DNA of 64,000 bases, taken from the IMG/VR virus record IMGVR_UViG_3300028569_000030, positions 15,100 through 79,099 of that record; one strand, 5' to 3'. The notes under the pieces are model-generated. The model saw nothing but the letters and a program-made list of their open reading frames with translations. It had not been told where the DNA came from and searched no databases. Made by a program: the position numbers and the translations under genes. Position 1 is the stretch's first letter. The number at the start of each line of letters is the position of its first letter. Of the stretch, positions 28,586 to 39,400 are shown piece after piece. This stretch comes from a virus.

Positions 28586-28999
28586 CTAATTATTTGAAGA
28601 ACCGAATCCTTTGTCACCGCGATCTGTACTGTCTAATGAACTAGCCTCTACTATATCAAATCTTTCATACTTAACAATAACAAGCTGGGCAATCCTTTCT
28701 CCTGGAATGTATATCCCATCTCCTTGAGTCTTTTTAAATCTAGCTTTAATCTCGCCTCTATACGACTCATCAATAACTCCAACACAATTGCCTAACATCA
28801 AAGAAGTATTAGTAACACTAGATCTAGGAAACAACAATCCTACATGGTCTTTTGGAATTTCTACAGCAATCCCAGTTCCGTATTCTATGTAGCTATTAGC
28901 TAATTTTATAGATACTGCTGTAAGATCTAGTCCAGCATTTCCATTACTGTAGTTTGGAATTATTGCGTCTGGATGTATTTTTTTTATTTTTAGTTCCAT
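28586..28999 (-). CDS. dut: Trimeric dUTPase
   Basis: AGLDL, PRSS, GVIDESYRGEI, ERIAQL, RGDKGFGSS motifs. Confidence 0.95.
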   Translation of the reverse strand: MELKIKKIHPDAIIPNYSNGNAGLDLTAVSIKLANSYIEYGTGIAVEIPKDHVGLLFPRSSVTNTSLMLGNCVGVIDESYRGEIKARFKKTQGDGIYIPGERIAQLVIVKYERFDIVEASSLDSTDRGDKGFGSSNN

Positions 29000-29195
29000 T
29001 AGTTCTCCGTATTAAATCACGTTCTAAACATAGCTTTAGAAGAGTTTTATTGGTATATCCCATGTTTTTAAGCTGAGTGTAGCAAATGCTTTTGAATGGT
29101 TCTTGTTGGTTAAATAAGCCGTCTAATAATCTATCTATTCTATCCATTAGATCTCCTAGTAAATCCAGTCTATCAGCTATTTGATATATGGTCAA
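28944..29195 (-). CDS. Hypothetical protein
   Basis: Packed ORF overlapping dut start. Confidence 0.4.
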   Translation of the reverse strand: MTIYQIADRLDLLGDLMDRIDRLLDGLFNQQEPFKSICYTQLKNMGYTNKTLLKLCLERDLIRRTNGTKNKKNTSRRNNSKLQ

Positions 29196-29503
29196 TCATC
29201 ATTCTCGGTATATTTTTTATCATTATATGCATAGTAACTAGGATCGTTTACGTATTCCTTTTTTCTTATTTTTTTTACCTCAGATGGACTACATACGAGT
29301 AATCTATATCCAAAATCTATGGTAATTACAGGTATTTTTTTTCCTCTGTATTTTTGCAATTCTTTTTTGCAAATTATCCCTACGTCAAATTGACGAACAT
29401 CAGAATCTTTATATTTATCAGTATATATCCTTATGTACGTACCTTTTCCTGGAGTTATAAATAATATAAACCATTCTATTAACATCTGTAAATACTTTTT
29501 CAT
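29192..29503 (-). CDS. Hypothetical protein
   Basis: Start reassigned to MKKYLQ just after upstream stop. Confidence 0.45.
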   Translation of the reverse strand: MKKYLQMLIEWFILFITPGKGTYIRIYTDKYKDSDVRQFDVGIICKKELQKYRGKKIPVITIDFGYRLLVCSPSEVKKIRKKEYVNDPSYYAYNDKKYTENDD

Positions 29504-29504
29504 T

Positions 29505-30020
29505 TTACCTGCTTGCTTTATATTTTTGTATGAGTTGTTTATGTTTATTAATCTGTTCTTCGTCAGTAGGAAACTCTGCTGTTTTATAGTACACTTCGTA
29601 TTGCCATATGTCAAACTCTGCTGCCATCTCAATTTTCCATTTAGGAATCTTTATGTCCACATCTTTTACAATAATGTCCCAATATTTAGCGCTCTCTACT
29701 TCTAAATTGTATATTTTTTTTCTCAATTTTTTAGGCATCTCTTTAGTGATAGGATACATCAATGCTTCCTCTATTTTAAGATCTGGTTGACGCTCTTTTT
29801 CGTATATGAACCAGAGATGGTGCCCTAGTTCGTGGATTAGAGATAGGATTGTGTCGGTTTTACTGTGTGATTTATTTACGTAGATAGTAATATTAGATCC
29901 GTCTGTTGTCCAGGATGCTGCAACTGCATTATCGCTAGTTTGAGTAGATAGAGTTACTTTAACTCCTAAAGCAGTTGCATATTTCTTAAGACGATCAATT
30001 TCTCTATCTCTTATATGCAC
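29505..30020 (-). CDS. HExxH zinc metallopeptidase-like protein (ImmA/IrrE-like)
   Basis: SLIHELGHH with downstream E..A..Y. Confidence 0.6.
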   Translation of the reverse strand: MHIRDREIDRLKKYATALGVKVTLSTQTSDNAVAASWTTDGSNITIYVNKSHSKTDTILSLIHELGHHLWFIYEKERQPDLKIEEALMYPITKEMPKKLRKKIYNLEVESAKYWDIIVKDVDIKIPKWKIEMAAEFDIWQYEVYYKTAEFPTDEEQINKHKQLIQKYKASR

Positions 30021-30024
30021 TTAA

Positions 30025-30666
30025 CTATTCCTTATTTGGTATATCAACATTAAATTGAAATTTAACAATTTTACTAATCCACTCAAAAAACTTTTTATAA
30101 GTGTGTGTACCTTTTGCTATGTTACACTGCTTACAGCAAGATAGTACATTCCCTTCTACATACCCTAAATCGCTATCAATTCTATCAATTCCATTATAAA
30201 CATAAGACGGATCTGTACCTTTAGTCCTAGATTTCCTAATCTGTCTGGGCTCTAATCCACAGTAATGACAATTTGCCGTGGTTAAATATAAAAAAGTTTG
30301 CTTATCTAACTCAAATTTTAAATCCCTATCTTTAGCTCCGTTTTTATACGATTGCCAAACAGCTGAAAACGTACAATAAGAGCTTTTGGTTTTGTGGGCT
30401 ATATTGTGAGCAATAGTAGCTTCTCTTTTGTGGCATCCACAAGACTTAGTCTTTGCTCCTAAATCAGAGCCTCTAACTAAAGTAGTAGTTCCACAATCGC
30501 ATTTTACTTCCAATACTGATTTATATTTGTGTTTAGGTATGGTTTGAACCAATTCGCTTCCAACATATTTAACTGCTACTAATCTTCCAAATCTTTTACC
30601 AGTTAGATCTTTTCGGTTATTAGCAGCGCAAGTAGTTTGTATAATGGGATTTTTTATAACAGCCAT
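30025..30666 (-). CDS. HNH homing endonuclease
   Basis: DLTGKRFGRLV, CDCG, SCGC, CHYCG, NGIDRIDS..GY...N...CC..CN..K. Confidence 0.85.
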   Translation of the reverse strand: MAVIKNPIIQTTCAANNRKDLTGKRFGRLVAVKYVGSELVQTIPKHKYKSVLEVKCDCGTTTLVRGSDLGAKTKSCGCHKREATIAHNIAHKTKSSYCTFSAVWQSYKNGAKDRDLKFELDKQTFLYLTTANCHYCGLEPRQIRKSRTKGTDPSYVYNGIDRIDSDLGYVEGNVLSCCKQCNIAKGTHTYKKFFEWISKIVKFQFNVDIPNKE

Positions 30667-30668
30667 GA

Positions 30669-31832
30669 TTATTCCAAACACACTGGAAAACTGTGATAAA
30701 ATGGGTCAGTCCTATCTTTAGTCTCTATATAATAATTAATTGTTTGAGATGCTTCACTATCGTACCCATTAATTTCACTATACCCATCTTGTCCAGCTAA
30801 AGATGCGTTTACTATAATCCTACCTCTACCAAAACTAGTCATTTCATGGTAGTGACCTAATCTAAAAAACCTAATAAGTTTACCGACTTGTTTACTTCTT
30901 TTCGAAAGATGCGCCTCGCACGACTTTCTAGTGACTCCACCTTTCATATGGTCCCCATGCTCATATAAAACATCACTTCCGTATATGTTTAAAACGTGAT
31001 AAACTCCTTCTGGTATTATAAATTCTATATTCTTGTATCCAGCAAGTCTGCACATGTCTGCTAACATATTATATATTATCCAAGTTAAGTTTTCTTTACC
31101 TGGATCTTGGTATGTATTTTCATGACTAAGCCTATCGTGATTTCCAGTAACACAAATAAAAGTACATTTTTTTCCAGTAGAAACAATTGGAACAATGTAA
31201 TGTTCATATATAGATTTAATTGCATGCACTACTTGTTCGCTATTTCCAAATTCGCAAGCTCTTCTAGACTCCATTCCGTGAAAATCCGAATTTTCAATCA
31301 TATCTCCGCCCATAAAAGTTACAATTCTCTCAACATTGTATAGGCTATTATATCTAGAGTATTCTGATAATACGACTCTTCCAAGTTTCTCCATTCTTTT
31401 TTTAGCAACAGCTATGTTAAACGTCTTGCTTTTTTTCCCGTAGTGAAGGTCGGTTAGCATTACCTCCATAGTCATCTTTCTTTTGGTTTTATCAAGACTA
31501 GCTTTTTGAATAACTGGCTTAGTAAATCTAATTTCTGATATTAAATCTTTTATTTCAGTTAATAAATCCTGTCTTTTTTCTAAATACCTAATTACATCTA
31601 AATTTTGCTTTTGGGCAACACTCTTTTGTTTTCTTGCCCTATCTGTAGCTTTTAAACTCTCAACTAAAGGATCTACAGTTTGTTCAATTCCGTCATATCT
31701 ATAAAAAGTTTTACGAAGAGCATTTGCAGTAAATCCTGGAAAGTGTTTTGTTAGTTTATCCCAACTAAGTCCTTCTTTTTGTCGTAAACTAATTAATCTA
31801 CTAATGCTAGTTTCTGTCCATTTACTCGACAT
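30669..31832 (-). CDS. Calcineurin-like metallophosphoesterase with N-terminal Myb/SANT-like HTH
   Basis: DLHYG, GGDMIE, GNHD, HGD, GHYH; N-terminal WT......L......LSW..L...FPG.T...LR..F. Confidence 0.85.
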   Translation of the reverse strand: MSSKWTETSISRLISLRQKEGLSWDKLTKHFPGFTANALRKTFYRYDGIEQTVDPLVESLKATDRARKQKSVAQKQNLDVIRYLEKRQDLLTEIKDLISEIRFTKPVIQKASLDKTKRKMTMEVMLTDLHYGKKSKTFNIAVAKKRMEKLGRVVLSEYSRYNSLYNVERIVTFMGGDMIENSDFHGMESRRACEFGNSEQVVHAIKSIYEHYIVPIVSTGKKCTFICVTGNHDRLSHENTYQDPGKENLTWIIYNMLADMCRLAGYKNIEFIIPEGVYHVLNIYGSDVLYEHGDHMKGGVTRKSCEAHLSKRSKQVGKLIRFFRLGHYHEMTSFGRGRIIVNASLAGQDGYSEINGYDSEASQTINYYIETKDRTDPFYHSFPVCLE

Positions 31833-31843
31833 AATGCCTCCTA

Positions 31844-32200
31844 TTATCTAGTAGATTCTATAGCAACTTTTGCGCATAGTCCAGTAATTACTGCTCCTAA
31901 TGCAAAAAATCCCACACTACTCCAAAATGTTTTTCTTTGAGAAGAAGAGAGGTCTTCCCTGACCGTTTTAACTTCCTGTTTGTATAATTCTATACGTTGA
32001 TCGCTAATATCTGCTAGATCCTTTAGCTTAATATTTTGCTGCTCAAGTAATTTATTTTGCTCATCTGTTTTTCTAAACTTTGCCATTTGCTCTTGGTTTG
32101 ATAAAATTCCATCAAAAGGAGCTTGATCTCCTTTTTTTAGAATAACCATATCATTTGCTAATACTGAGAAAGATAATAGTGCAAACATTAAGTATTTCAT
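31844..32200 (-). CDS. Exported coiled-coil protein with C-terminal TM (spanin-like)
   Basis: Signal peptide, GDQAPFDGIL, coiled coil, C-terminal TM; downstream of endolysin. Confidence 0.5.
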   Translation of the reverse strand: MKYLMFALLSFSVLANDMVILKKGDQAPFDGILSNQEQMAKFRKTDEQNKLLEQQNIKLKDLADISDQRIELYKQEVKTVREDLSSSQRKTFWSSVGFFALGAVITGLCAKVAIESTR

Positions 32201-32406
32201 TTTTTACTCCAATAGGCTAATTCATCTTCCAAGCTTTTAGAAGTTGTATCTTTTTTACTCTCTTCTATTTTTTTGTCCAACTCTTTAATTTCTGTTTTTA
32301 AAACTTCTTGGTTTTTTTGTAAACTTGTTTGTTTAATTTCTTGTTGTGTTTGCTTACGCTTAAACAAGCTTAGTATAAATTTTATGATGTTAGAAAAAAA
32401 ACTCAT
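32197..32406 (-). CDS. Small membrane-anchored coiled-coil protein (spanin-like)
   Basis: Hydrophobic N-terminus plus coiled coil; adjacent to endolysin. Confidence 0.45.
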   Translation of the reverse strand: MSFFSNIIKFILSLFKRKQTQQEIKQTSLQKNQEVLKTEIKELDKKIEESKKDTTSKSLEDELAYWSKK

Positions 32407-32413
32407 AATACTC

Positions 32414-32797
32414 CTATGGATTAAATACTCTAGTTCTTCCTTTTACTCTAGACTTAGGTTCCCTAGTCTGAACATGAACCCAAGTTTTTGCAACTTCTGG
32501 ATTCTCCATCCAAAGTCCACACTGTTCCAGTATATCGTCAGTGCAGAAGTTTGTCAAATCTCTGGATTTATCAGCAAAATCAGCTGCTTCGCAAGTTAAA
32601 TGACATGACCTACTTCCCCCACCAACCTTAGTATTAATAGAAGGTGGCCTATATCCAGAAGAAACTATCATTTGCTTTCCGTATAAAGCCCTTAGTTTAT
32701 TAACTGCTATAAGCAACTTATCCAAATTACTCTCTTGTTCTTTTGATAGTGGCTCTGCTTTCTCTCTTCCCATTAAAATCTCATCTCTAGTAATCAT
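32414..32797 (-). CDS. Peptidase M15A endolysin
   Basis: SSGYR...N..VGG...S.H....AAD...WVH zinc motif. Confidence 0.85.
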   Translation of the reverse strand: MITRDEILMGREKAEPLSKEQESNLDKLLIAVNKLRALYGKQMIVSSGYRPPSINTKVGGGSRSCHLTCEAADFADKSRDLTNFCTDDILEQCGLWMENPEVAKTWVHVQTREPKSRVKGRTRVFNP

Positions 32798-32811
32798 ATG
32801 ATATCCTTTTG

Positions 32812-35800
32812 TTAATGAGCGTCTTTTAAGTTAGTTCCTATAACTGCTGGAGCTTTTAGTGCGATAGATAGTCTGTAGTTGTTTTCCATAATGTCTTGAA
32901 CAATCTGTCTACATTCTTCTGCCTTAGATTTAGGAGCATCTATAACCAATTGATCGTGGATATTTAAAATAACTAATGCATCTATACTTCTTTTTTTGAA
33001 CTCTCTATTAATCTGTATTGCTGCCATATTTACTATGCTAGCAGCCAGTCCTTGTATTTGTACGTTCTTAGCGTTATTTAGCCCGTTTTTGTAATCTTTG
33101 TACCATCCCTCAACTATCTCTGGCTCATACTTTTTCTTTAGTGCATTTTTGTATTTATAATCTAGAAGCTTATCACCATGTATCCTATACAATTCTTTAA
33201 CTGCTGGAAGATGTCGTATTCTTCCTGTTTCTATTTTTATATATCCATTGGCTTTAACAAAATACTCTGATTTTTTCATCCATTCTTTTAGCTTAGGAAA
33301 TCCATTTAAGTAACCATTGATAAGAACCTGGGCTTCTTCTGTAGTTACGTTTAGAGTTTTACCTAGAGCATACGCGCCCATTCCATACGGGACCCCAAGA
33401 CTGTAAGCTTTTGAAAACGATCTTTTTGGTTTATTTACTTTTCCTAAATAATTAGGGGCGTTTTTATCAGCACTAACATCTTTTAATTTTTCCGTGGCTA
33501 TAGCAATTGTAGAATAAAAGTCATATCCTTTTCTAAAAATATCTCGTAGCCCTTCGTCTCCAGAAACGTGAGAAAAGCAATTATGAACTCTTATGTTATC
33601 GCATATAAACTCTTCTACTCCGTCTACCGTAATATCTACCATGTCTCGCTGTTCTTTTTTATTTACTTCCAAAACTATAGCATCTGGAGATTTTAACTTT
33701 CCAATTTTTGATTTTGTAAATATTTTTTTTCTTTCACAAGCAATAAAATTGTATAACTTATAATCTACTAGCTTATTAATACTAATAGCTGTAAATCTAA
33801 TTTGGTACACTTTATGAACACCTTTGTGAGCTTTACCTATTCTGCCATCTAGTCCTAGAGTATTACCTAAACTACAAATGTCAGATGCTAATTTTGCAGA
33901 TTTAGTTGATATAGATAACTCACTCTTTTTTTGATTAAAAGTTCCGTCGGTATCTATAAGTCCCGCTAAAAAAGACAGTCTATTAGCTATACTAGATGTC
34001 ATTATATAATCTGGTATATGAAATTTTTTACTCCTATCATCCATCATATCAAAAGTTTGTTTAAATATATCCACCAACCAAGAATCATGGCATACGCAGG
34101 ACTCCATTCCATAGGTTCTACGATCCAAGTAGTCTTTTGGTTTTGCCCCAAAAGATTCCATTATTTCTTTAAATTTAGTAGTAACCATATCAGCTTTTAG
34201 TCCGCATATGCCTACATACTTAGAGGTTGTCGTACATGCAACTCCGTCTCCCAAAAAAGCACCAAGCATCCAACATAATTCTGCAGATAGTGGTAAATAT
34301 GAGAACGGTTTATTTGCTCCCTTTAGATATACATTTAGTTTATTGGAATTATTTTGAATTACATTAGTGTTAAATTTACACTCTTCTAGAATGTCTCCTG
34401 CAACAATGTCCTCCGCTTTTTTCCAACCAGTTCCATTTACATAAATTTTATGGTCGGGAGAGCATCTCACTACTCCTTTTTTAGTAATTATTTCTAGCAT
34501 GTCTTTTTTTGAATTCCACTTATTAACCAGTTTCTTCCAACCATGAACAGTATTAATATAGTCTCCTACTTCTACTTTAGATATTTCTAAAATTCCTTTA
34601 TCTTTTATTTCTACTTTTGAATCTATACATACACAATGAGGCTCTAAAGCTTCATAGTCATTATCTATAAACACTCGTCCTTCATCAGCTATAAAAAATT
34701 CCCTAATTACATTATTATACTTTAGAACAATCTCATCCAACTCTCCAGTTTCTTTTGGTCTAGGTAATTGTTGCAAGTTAGAAGAGTATCTACCGGAGAT
34801 AGTTCTGTGTTGCTGAAAGTTAGGATAAAAGTATCCATTCTCTGATTCATCTAAAAACCTATCAATATAGGTGCCTTTTATCTTTATTAATGAATTATAG
34901 TTACTTAGGTCTCCGGCCCATTTAATGTTTAATACTTTAAACAAATGATCTATCATATCATCATTAAATTGGGCATTACCTTTATCCGTAGTACTTAGTG
35001 GCTTAATTTTCATACACTTAAATACTAAGTCTGCCATTTGTTTTTTAGAGAATATATTTATCCTATTAGTTCCATCTTTTTCGGATAATCTCTGCGCTAT
35101 TTCTAGATGATGATTATGCTCTAAGTCTACGTTATTGATAAAATAGTCTCTAACTATATCAGTTTCTATAAGTAATATAGATTTTTCAGTTAGTGAGTAC
35201 TTTCCATTCTTAGTTTTTGTAAGGTATTTTCCACAATCAAAGTACTCAATAACTTCCTGAGAAAAAGACCCAGATCTTGTTTGTGGGTAATCTACAATAA
35301 GATTTTCATTTTTCCAATTTCTAACATCTTCGTTTGATTCTATAGCTGTAACTATTCTATCTTCTAGCATTGCTAGATCGCTCTCAATATTCGCTTTCGT
35401 TTTTAAAATAAGCGGTATGTCTAACTTTATTGAGTTATTTTCCATAGGAATAGTCACTTCTTTATATAGAGGCATAACTTCCTTGTCATAGAAAAATTCT
35501 TCTAGTTTATCCTTAGATAGACGATCTCTAACTAGGATAGCTAGTCTTAGCGTTAAATCAGCATCAGATGCAGCATACTTTCCCATTACTTCTAAATCAG
35601 CTTTATACATTTCATAATTTGTTTTAGTTATGCTACCGCCATTCATTTTTATATTATGCTTAAGTTCTATTTGCTCCTCATTAGCATCCGATTCTACATC
35701 TAATCCTATTTTTGATTGGTATTGCTTGGCAACTTCTTTCAAAGCAAAATTACCCTCTTCCTCTACAGTGTGTTTCATTAACATAATATCGGCAAGCAAC

Positions 35801-36150
35801 GAGTCTATCAAATCAACTTTTAAATCATTTTTAACAATGCTTATATCGTAAGCAGCGTTCCACATTAACAATTCTTTTTTAGATAAAAGATGCAGAAGCT
35901 CTAATATGTCCGAATCAGGAAGAACTTGCTCTAGCTTTTCTGTTTCTTTATTCCAAGAAAATCTAGGGGCATAAAATGATTCTCCAGGACTTCCGCAAAA
36001 AGAAATACCAATAACCTGAGACTTTCTTACATTTAGTCCAGTAGTCTCTGTATCAAATCCTAAGAATAGACTTTTTTCTATGTGAAGTTTTGCTTGTGTT
36101 AACTGTGCTTGTGTGGTGATTATAGTGTAGTTTTTATTAGTATGTGTCAT
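32812..36150 (-). CDS. polA: DNA polymerase family A with 3'-5' exonuclease and intein
   Basis: FDTETTGL exonuclease, TISGRYSSNLQQLP, DYEALE motif A, R...K...LG..YG motif B, IHDQ motif C. Confidence 0.95.
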   Translation of the reverse strand: MTHTNKNYTIITTQAQLTQAKLHIEKSLFLGFDTETTGLNVRKSQVIGISFCGSPGESFYAPRFSWNKETEKLEQVLPDSDILELLHLLSKKELLMWNAAYDISIVKNDLKVDLIDSLLADIMLMKHTVEEEGNFALKEVAKQYQSKIGLDVESDANEEQIELKHNIKMNGGSITKTNYEMYKADLEVMGKYAASDADLTLRLAILVRDRLSKDKLEEFFYDKEVMPLYKEVTIPMENNSIKLDIPLILKTKANIESDLAMLEDRIVTAIESNEDVRNWKNENLIVDYPQTRSGSFSQEVIEYFDCGKYLTKTKNGKYSLTEKSILLIETDIVRDYFINNVDLEHNHHLEIAQRLSEKDGTNRINIFSKKQMADLVFKCMKIKPLSTTDKGNAQFNDDMIDHLFKVLNIKWAGDLSNYNSLIKIKGTYIDRFLDESENGYFYPNFQQHRTISGRYSSNLQQLPRPKETGELDEIVLKYNNVIREFFIADEGRVFIDNDYEALEPHCVCIDSKVEIKDKGILEISKVEVGDYINTVHGWKKLVNKWNSKKDMLEIITKKGVVRCSPDHKIYVNGTGWKKAEDIVAGDILEECKFNTNVIQNNSNKLNVYLKGANKPFSYLPLSAELCWMLGAFLGDGVACTTTSKYVGICGLKADMVTTKFKEIMESFGAKPKDYLDRRTYGMESCVCHDSWLVDIFKQTFDMMDDRSKKFHIPDYIMTSSIANRLSFLAGLIDTDGTFNQKKSELSISTKSAKLASDICSLGNTLGLDGRIGKAHKGVHKVYQIRFTAISINKLVDYKLYNFIACERKKIFTKSKIGKLKSPDAIVLEVNKKEQRDMVDITVDGVEEFICDNIRVHNCFSHVSGDEGLRDIFRKGYDFYSTIAIATEKLKDVSADKNAPNYLGKVNKPKRSFSKAYSLGVPYGMGAYALGKTLNVTTEEAQVLINGYLNGFPKLKEWMKKSEYFVKANGYIKIETGRIRHLPAVKELYRIHGDKLLDYKYKNALKKKYEPEIVEGWYKDYKNGLNNAKNVQIQGLAASIVNMAAIQINREFKKRSIDALVILNIHDQLVIDAPKSKAEECRQIVQDIMENNYRLSIALKAPAVIGTNLKDAH
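33580..34635 (-). mobile_element. Intein (352 aa) with LAGLIDADG homing endonuclease in PolA motif A
   Basis: EPH|CVCIDS...CSPDHKI...LGAFLGDG...LAGLIDTDG...VHN|CFSH; splicing restores DYEALEPHCFSHVSGD. Confidence 0.92.
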
Positions 36151-36428
36151 TAATTTTTATGCTCCCCATATCCAATACTGTAGAAGTTTACATAACACTC
36201 TTCTAACTTTTGTCTATCTTCTGGAGAAAGCGCTTTTTTTTTCATGTATTTTTCTATTACGTCCATGATATCCAAAGGAAGTACATCTATTAACTCTTCT
36301 AGTTCTTCCATAAGAGACTCATTATCTAATCCAGAACACCCTATCGTATTATCCAATACAGATAGGGAGCTTACATAGGATTCTAACGTAGTTGTGTTAT
36401 TCATAGCAAGTAGTATATGTCTAGTCAT
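36150..36428 (-). CDS. Hypothetical acidic protein
   Basis: Between helicase and polA, TAATG coupling. Confidence 0.55.
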   Translation of the reverse strand: MTRHILLAMNNTTTLESYVSSLSVLDNTIGCSGLDNESLMEELEELIDVLPLDIMDVIEKYMKKKALSPEDRQKLEECYVNFYSIGYGEHKN

Positions 36429-36443
36429 TATTTGCCTTCTGCC

Positions 36444-39400
36444 TTAGAATGAGCTGTCGTCTTCCATTTTTGCACGATTCTTCGAATCTCGCAAGTCTTT
36501 TAATTCCGATGCTTCAATAGCTTCTAGCGGCCTAATAGTTCCAGTTAGTCCATCCCAAGCTAAATCGCAAGAAAACAAAGCTCCACTTCTATTTTTTACA
36601 CAATCAATAGAAAAGTATCTGTCATTTTCTGGAGTTCTTGAGCTGTATCCTGGCCTATGTACAGTTAACATAGCAGTTAAAGCTTGTGCTATAGACGAAC
36701 TACCTTTAGCGGCATTATAAGACGTTATTGGCTCGTCAATAGATCCTAGAGCTTTAGACGGCTGTAACATAACAACTACGGCTTTATTAAGATTAATAGC
36801 TATTTCTCGCAGTCCTTGAATAGCCTCCATGCTAGATTGAGTAGGGTCAGAAAATCTAGACTGTACTAGCTCTAAATAGTCAACTATGACTAATCTGATG
36901 TTAACTCCTAGCATCTTTTCTCTTTCGATAATTGTGTTCTTTATTTCTTCAATTGTTTGCCCTGTTTTAAACACAAAGCTGCACTTTTGATAATTATCTT
37001 TTAGAATAGTTCTGAACTGATCTTTCTTTTGCTCATCTCTATTTTTGAAGAATTCGTACAAAGAATTTCTATTTAGTCTAGTGTGTCTTTGTATTAATTT
37101 TTGATATACATCAAACTGGGACATATCATAACTAAAGAACATGCTATGTTCGCCCATTTTAGAGGTATTATTTATCATAGTAATAGCGGTAGAAGTATTA
37201 TGCGTTACTGTAAAGTCTCCCAATAAGTACCTATGATTTCCATCTAACTCAAACCCAAAGTAATCTCCTACTTCTAATTTTTCTACCTCTATTTCAGTTA
37301 AATCCTGGTATCTTTGTCTGTCTTGCGCTAAGGCTTTTTTTCTACTCACTCTATTAGGTATGTCGTTTAAATTATCTCCGCTAATGTACAGTCTAAACGC
37401 TTCTGAGTACCCTTCGTACCATTTTCCCCTAGTAAAAGATTTATAGTGTTTCATTTCTCTTGATTTAGTGGCTTTAAATCCTAAACTGCGTATTAAAAAC
37501 AAAACCTGATCTGTCGTTTTTTCATTAGATTGGGAAAATTCATACGTTCCTTTTTTATGGTCATAGTATCCATCAGTATCTAATAGACCAGCCAACAACT
37601 TAAGCCTGTCTTCTCTATTAGAAGTAAGATATTCGTTAGGAATATATTTTCCATTCATTAGATTTTTTTGTTTTAAAAAAGTTCTAAAAATGTTATTTTC
37701 CCCAGTTATAGAAATAGTATACACCTTATCTGATCCCGATTCATACTGCTTTAAATTAGCTTTTAGGTTTTTAGAATCTGCCCATCCTTGAATATCTTCA
37801 ATTAGCTCTACATCTTGCTTTGCTATAGTAAACTGTGGTTTACTAGTTGTGCCATCTCCTATCCATACACCTAAGATGTACGGATCTATTTCTAAATGTT
37901 TTTTAGAAAACTCTACTGGAACTTTATATCCCTTTACTCTTTTTTTAAAATCTACACCCTTATTTAAGTATTCCAATAACGGAATGTCAAAAACCTGGCC
38001 ATATTTATACTGATCTTTTGTAGCACTACTTCCTTTAAGACTTAGTATGTGGCTTTCATTAATAACGTAATCATCTCCGTTTTTTTGGTTAATTTTATAC
38101 AAAGTTTCTCGTCCTCTAGCTAACGATAAAACTGTTCTAGGAGAAGAGTCATCCCCCATTAATAAATCACCAACACAAACGTCTTCTACGTTTTTTATAG
38201 TTCCATCAAACATTAAAATTTTAGTGCCTTTTCCATGGCACTTGCCCGAGCCAGGGCTCCCTAAAATTCCATATAATCTTCCTACTTGAACTTGCAATTT
38301 TTCATCTAATTGAGGTATTCCAAACTTTAGAGTGTTCTTATCAATGTCTTCCGCATACGATATAAAAGAATCAAATCCTTCGTTAATAGTAACTACTTCT
38401 TTTGAGCTGGTAGCTTTAATGGATTCTGGAATCAATATACTTAATGATTTTAGTAATGGATCATCAGCAGTTGAATAAGTCCCACCTAGCCAATTTGGCC
38501 CAAATACTTGGGATATAATATTATTATATATAAGTTCTTTCGAAAACTTATCAGATCCTGTTCTTTTTGATTGCAGCTCAGCAGCGGCTTTTAAAAAATG
38601 ATATGTGTGAGTTTCGTTAAACCCTTGATTCTTTAGTGTACTAGCCAATATCATCAATGCGTGATTTCTAATGCCACTCTCAAAATAGCCTAAAGAAATT
38701 AAGTATTTTTCAGGAGTAAAGAATTTTGGCTTTATTGACCAATCTACTTCTGATAAATCTAAGCTTAGTGGAACTTTATTTTTCATAGTCTTAACTATTG
38801 TTGGGGTTTTATTCTTTAGTTCTACAATCCGTTCTGGTAGATTTACAACTTCCCATGCGTCTTTTATATCAGAATACTCAAAAGTAGTTTTAGCTAGTTC
38901 CATAATTCCATCTATAGTAAAGTCCGTTAGTTCTGAAATAGATAAAGGAATTTTGTATAGTCCAGACTTTTGGTGCTTAGTTAACGGTAGTCTTAGTATC
39001 CTAGTTGCATTGTATATTACAGGGTCAGCAGTAGTAAGTCCCTCAGCTAGGCTCATACAAATATTTTTTAATTGATTTGGAGTTAATTGTTGGTCTAGGA
39101 TTTCTACTGAAATATCGAATCCTTTATTCCCACTAAAAAAAATTCGTATGCTACTAGCAGGAAATCCAGAGTCTATTAGTCTGTTAACTAAAGATATTGC
39201 GTCTTTTTGAGCTAATCCTAAGTCATCTTCTGAATCAAAATCCCATACTAATTTTTTACAAACAACGTCAGTTATTCCAGCCACGCTACCTTTGTCTTTA
39301 AAAATGGCTTTATGGGAGTCGTTAAACTGATATATAGATACGTAGGCTTCCTTATCTAAAGAAATTCTGTTATATATATCAGACAAATCTCCGTCATTAA

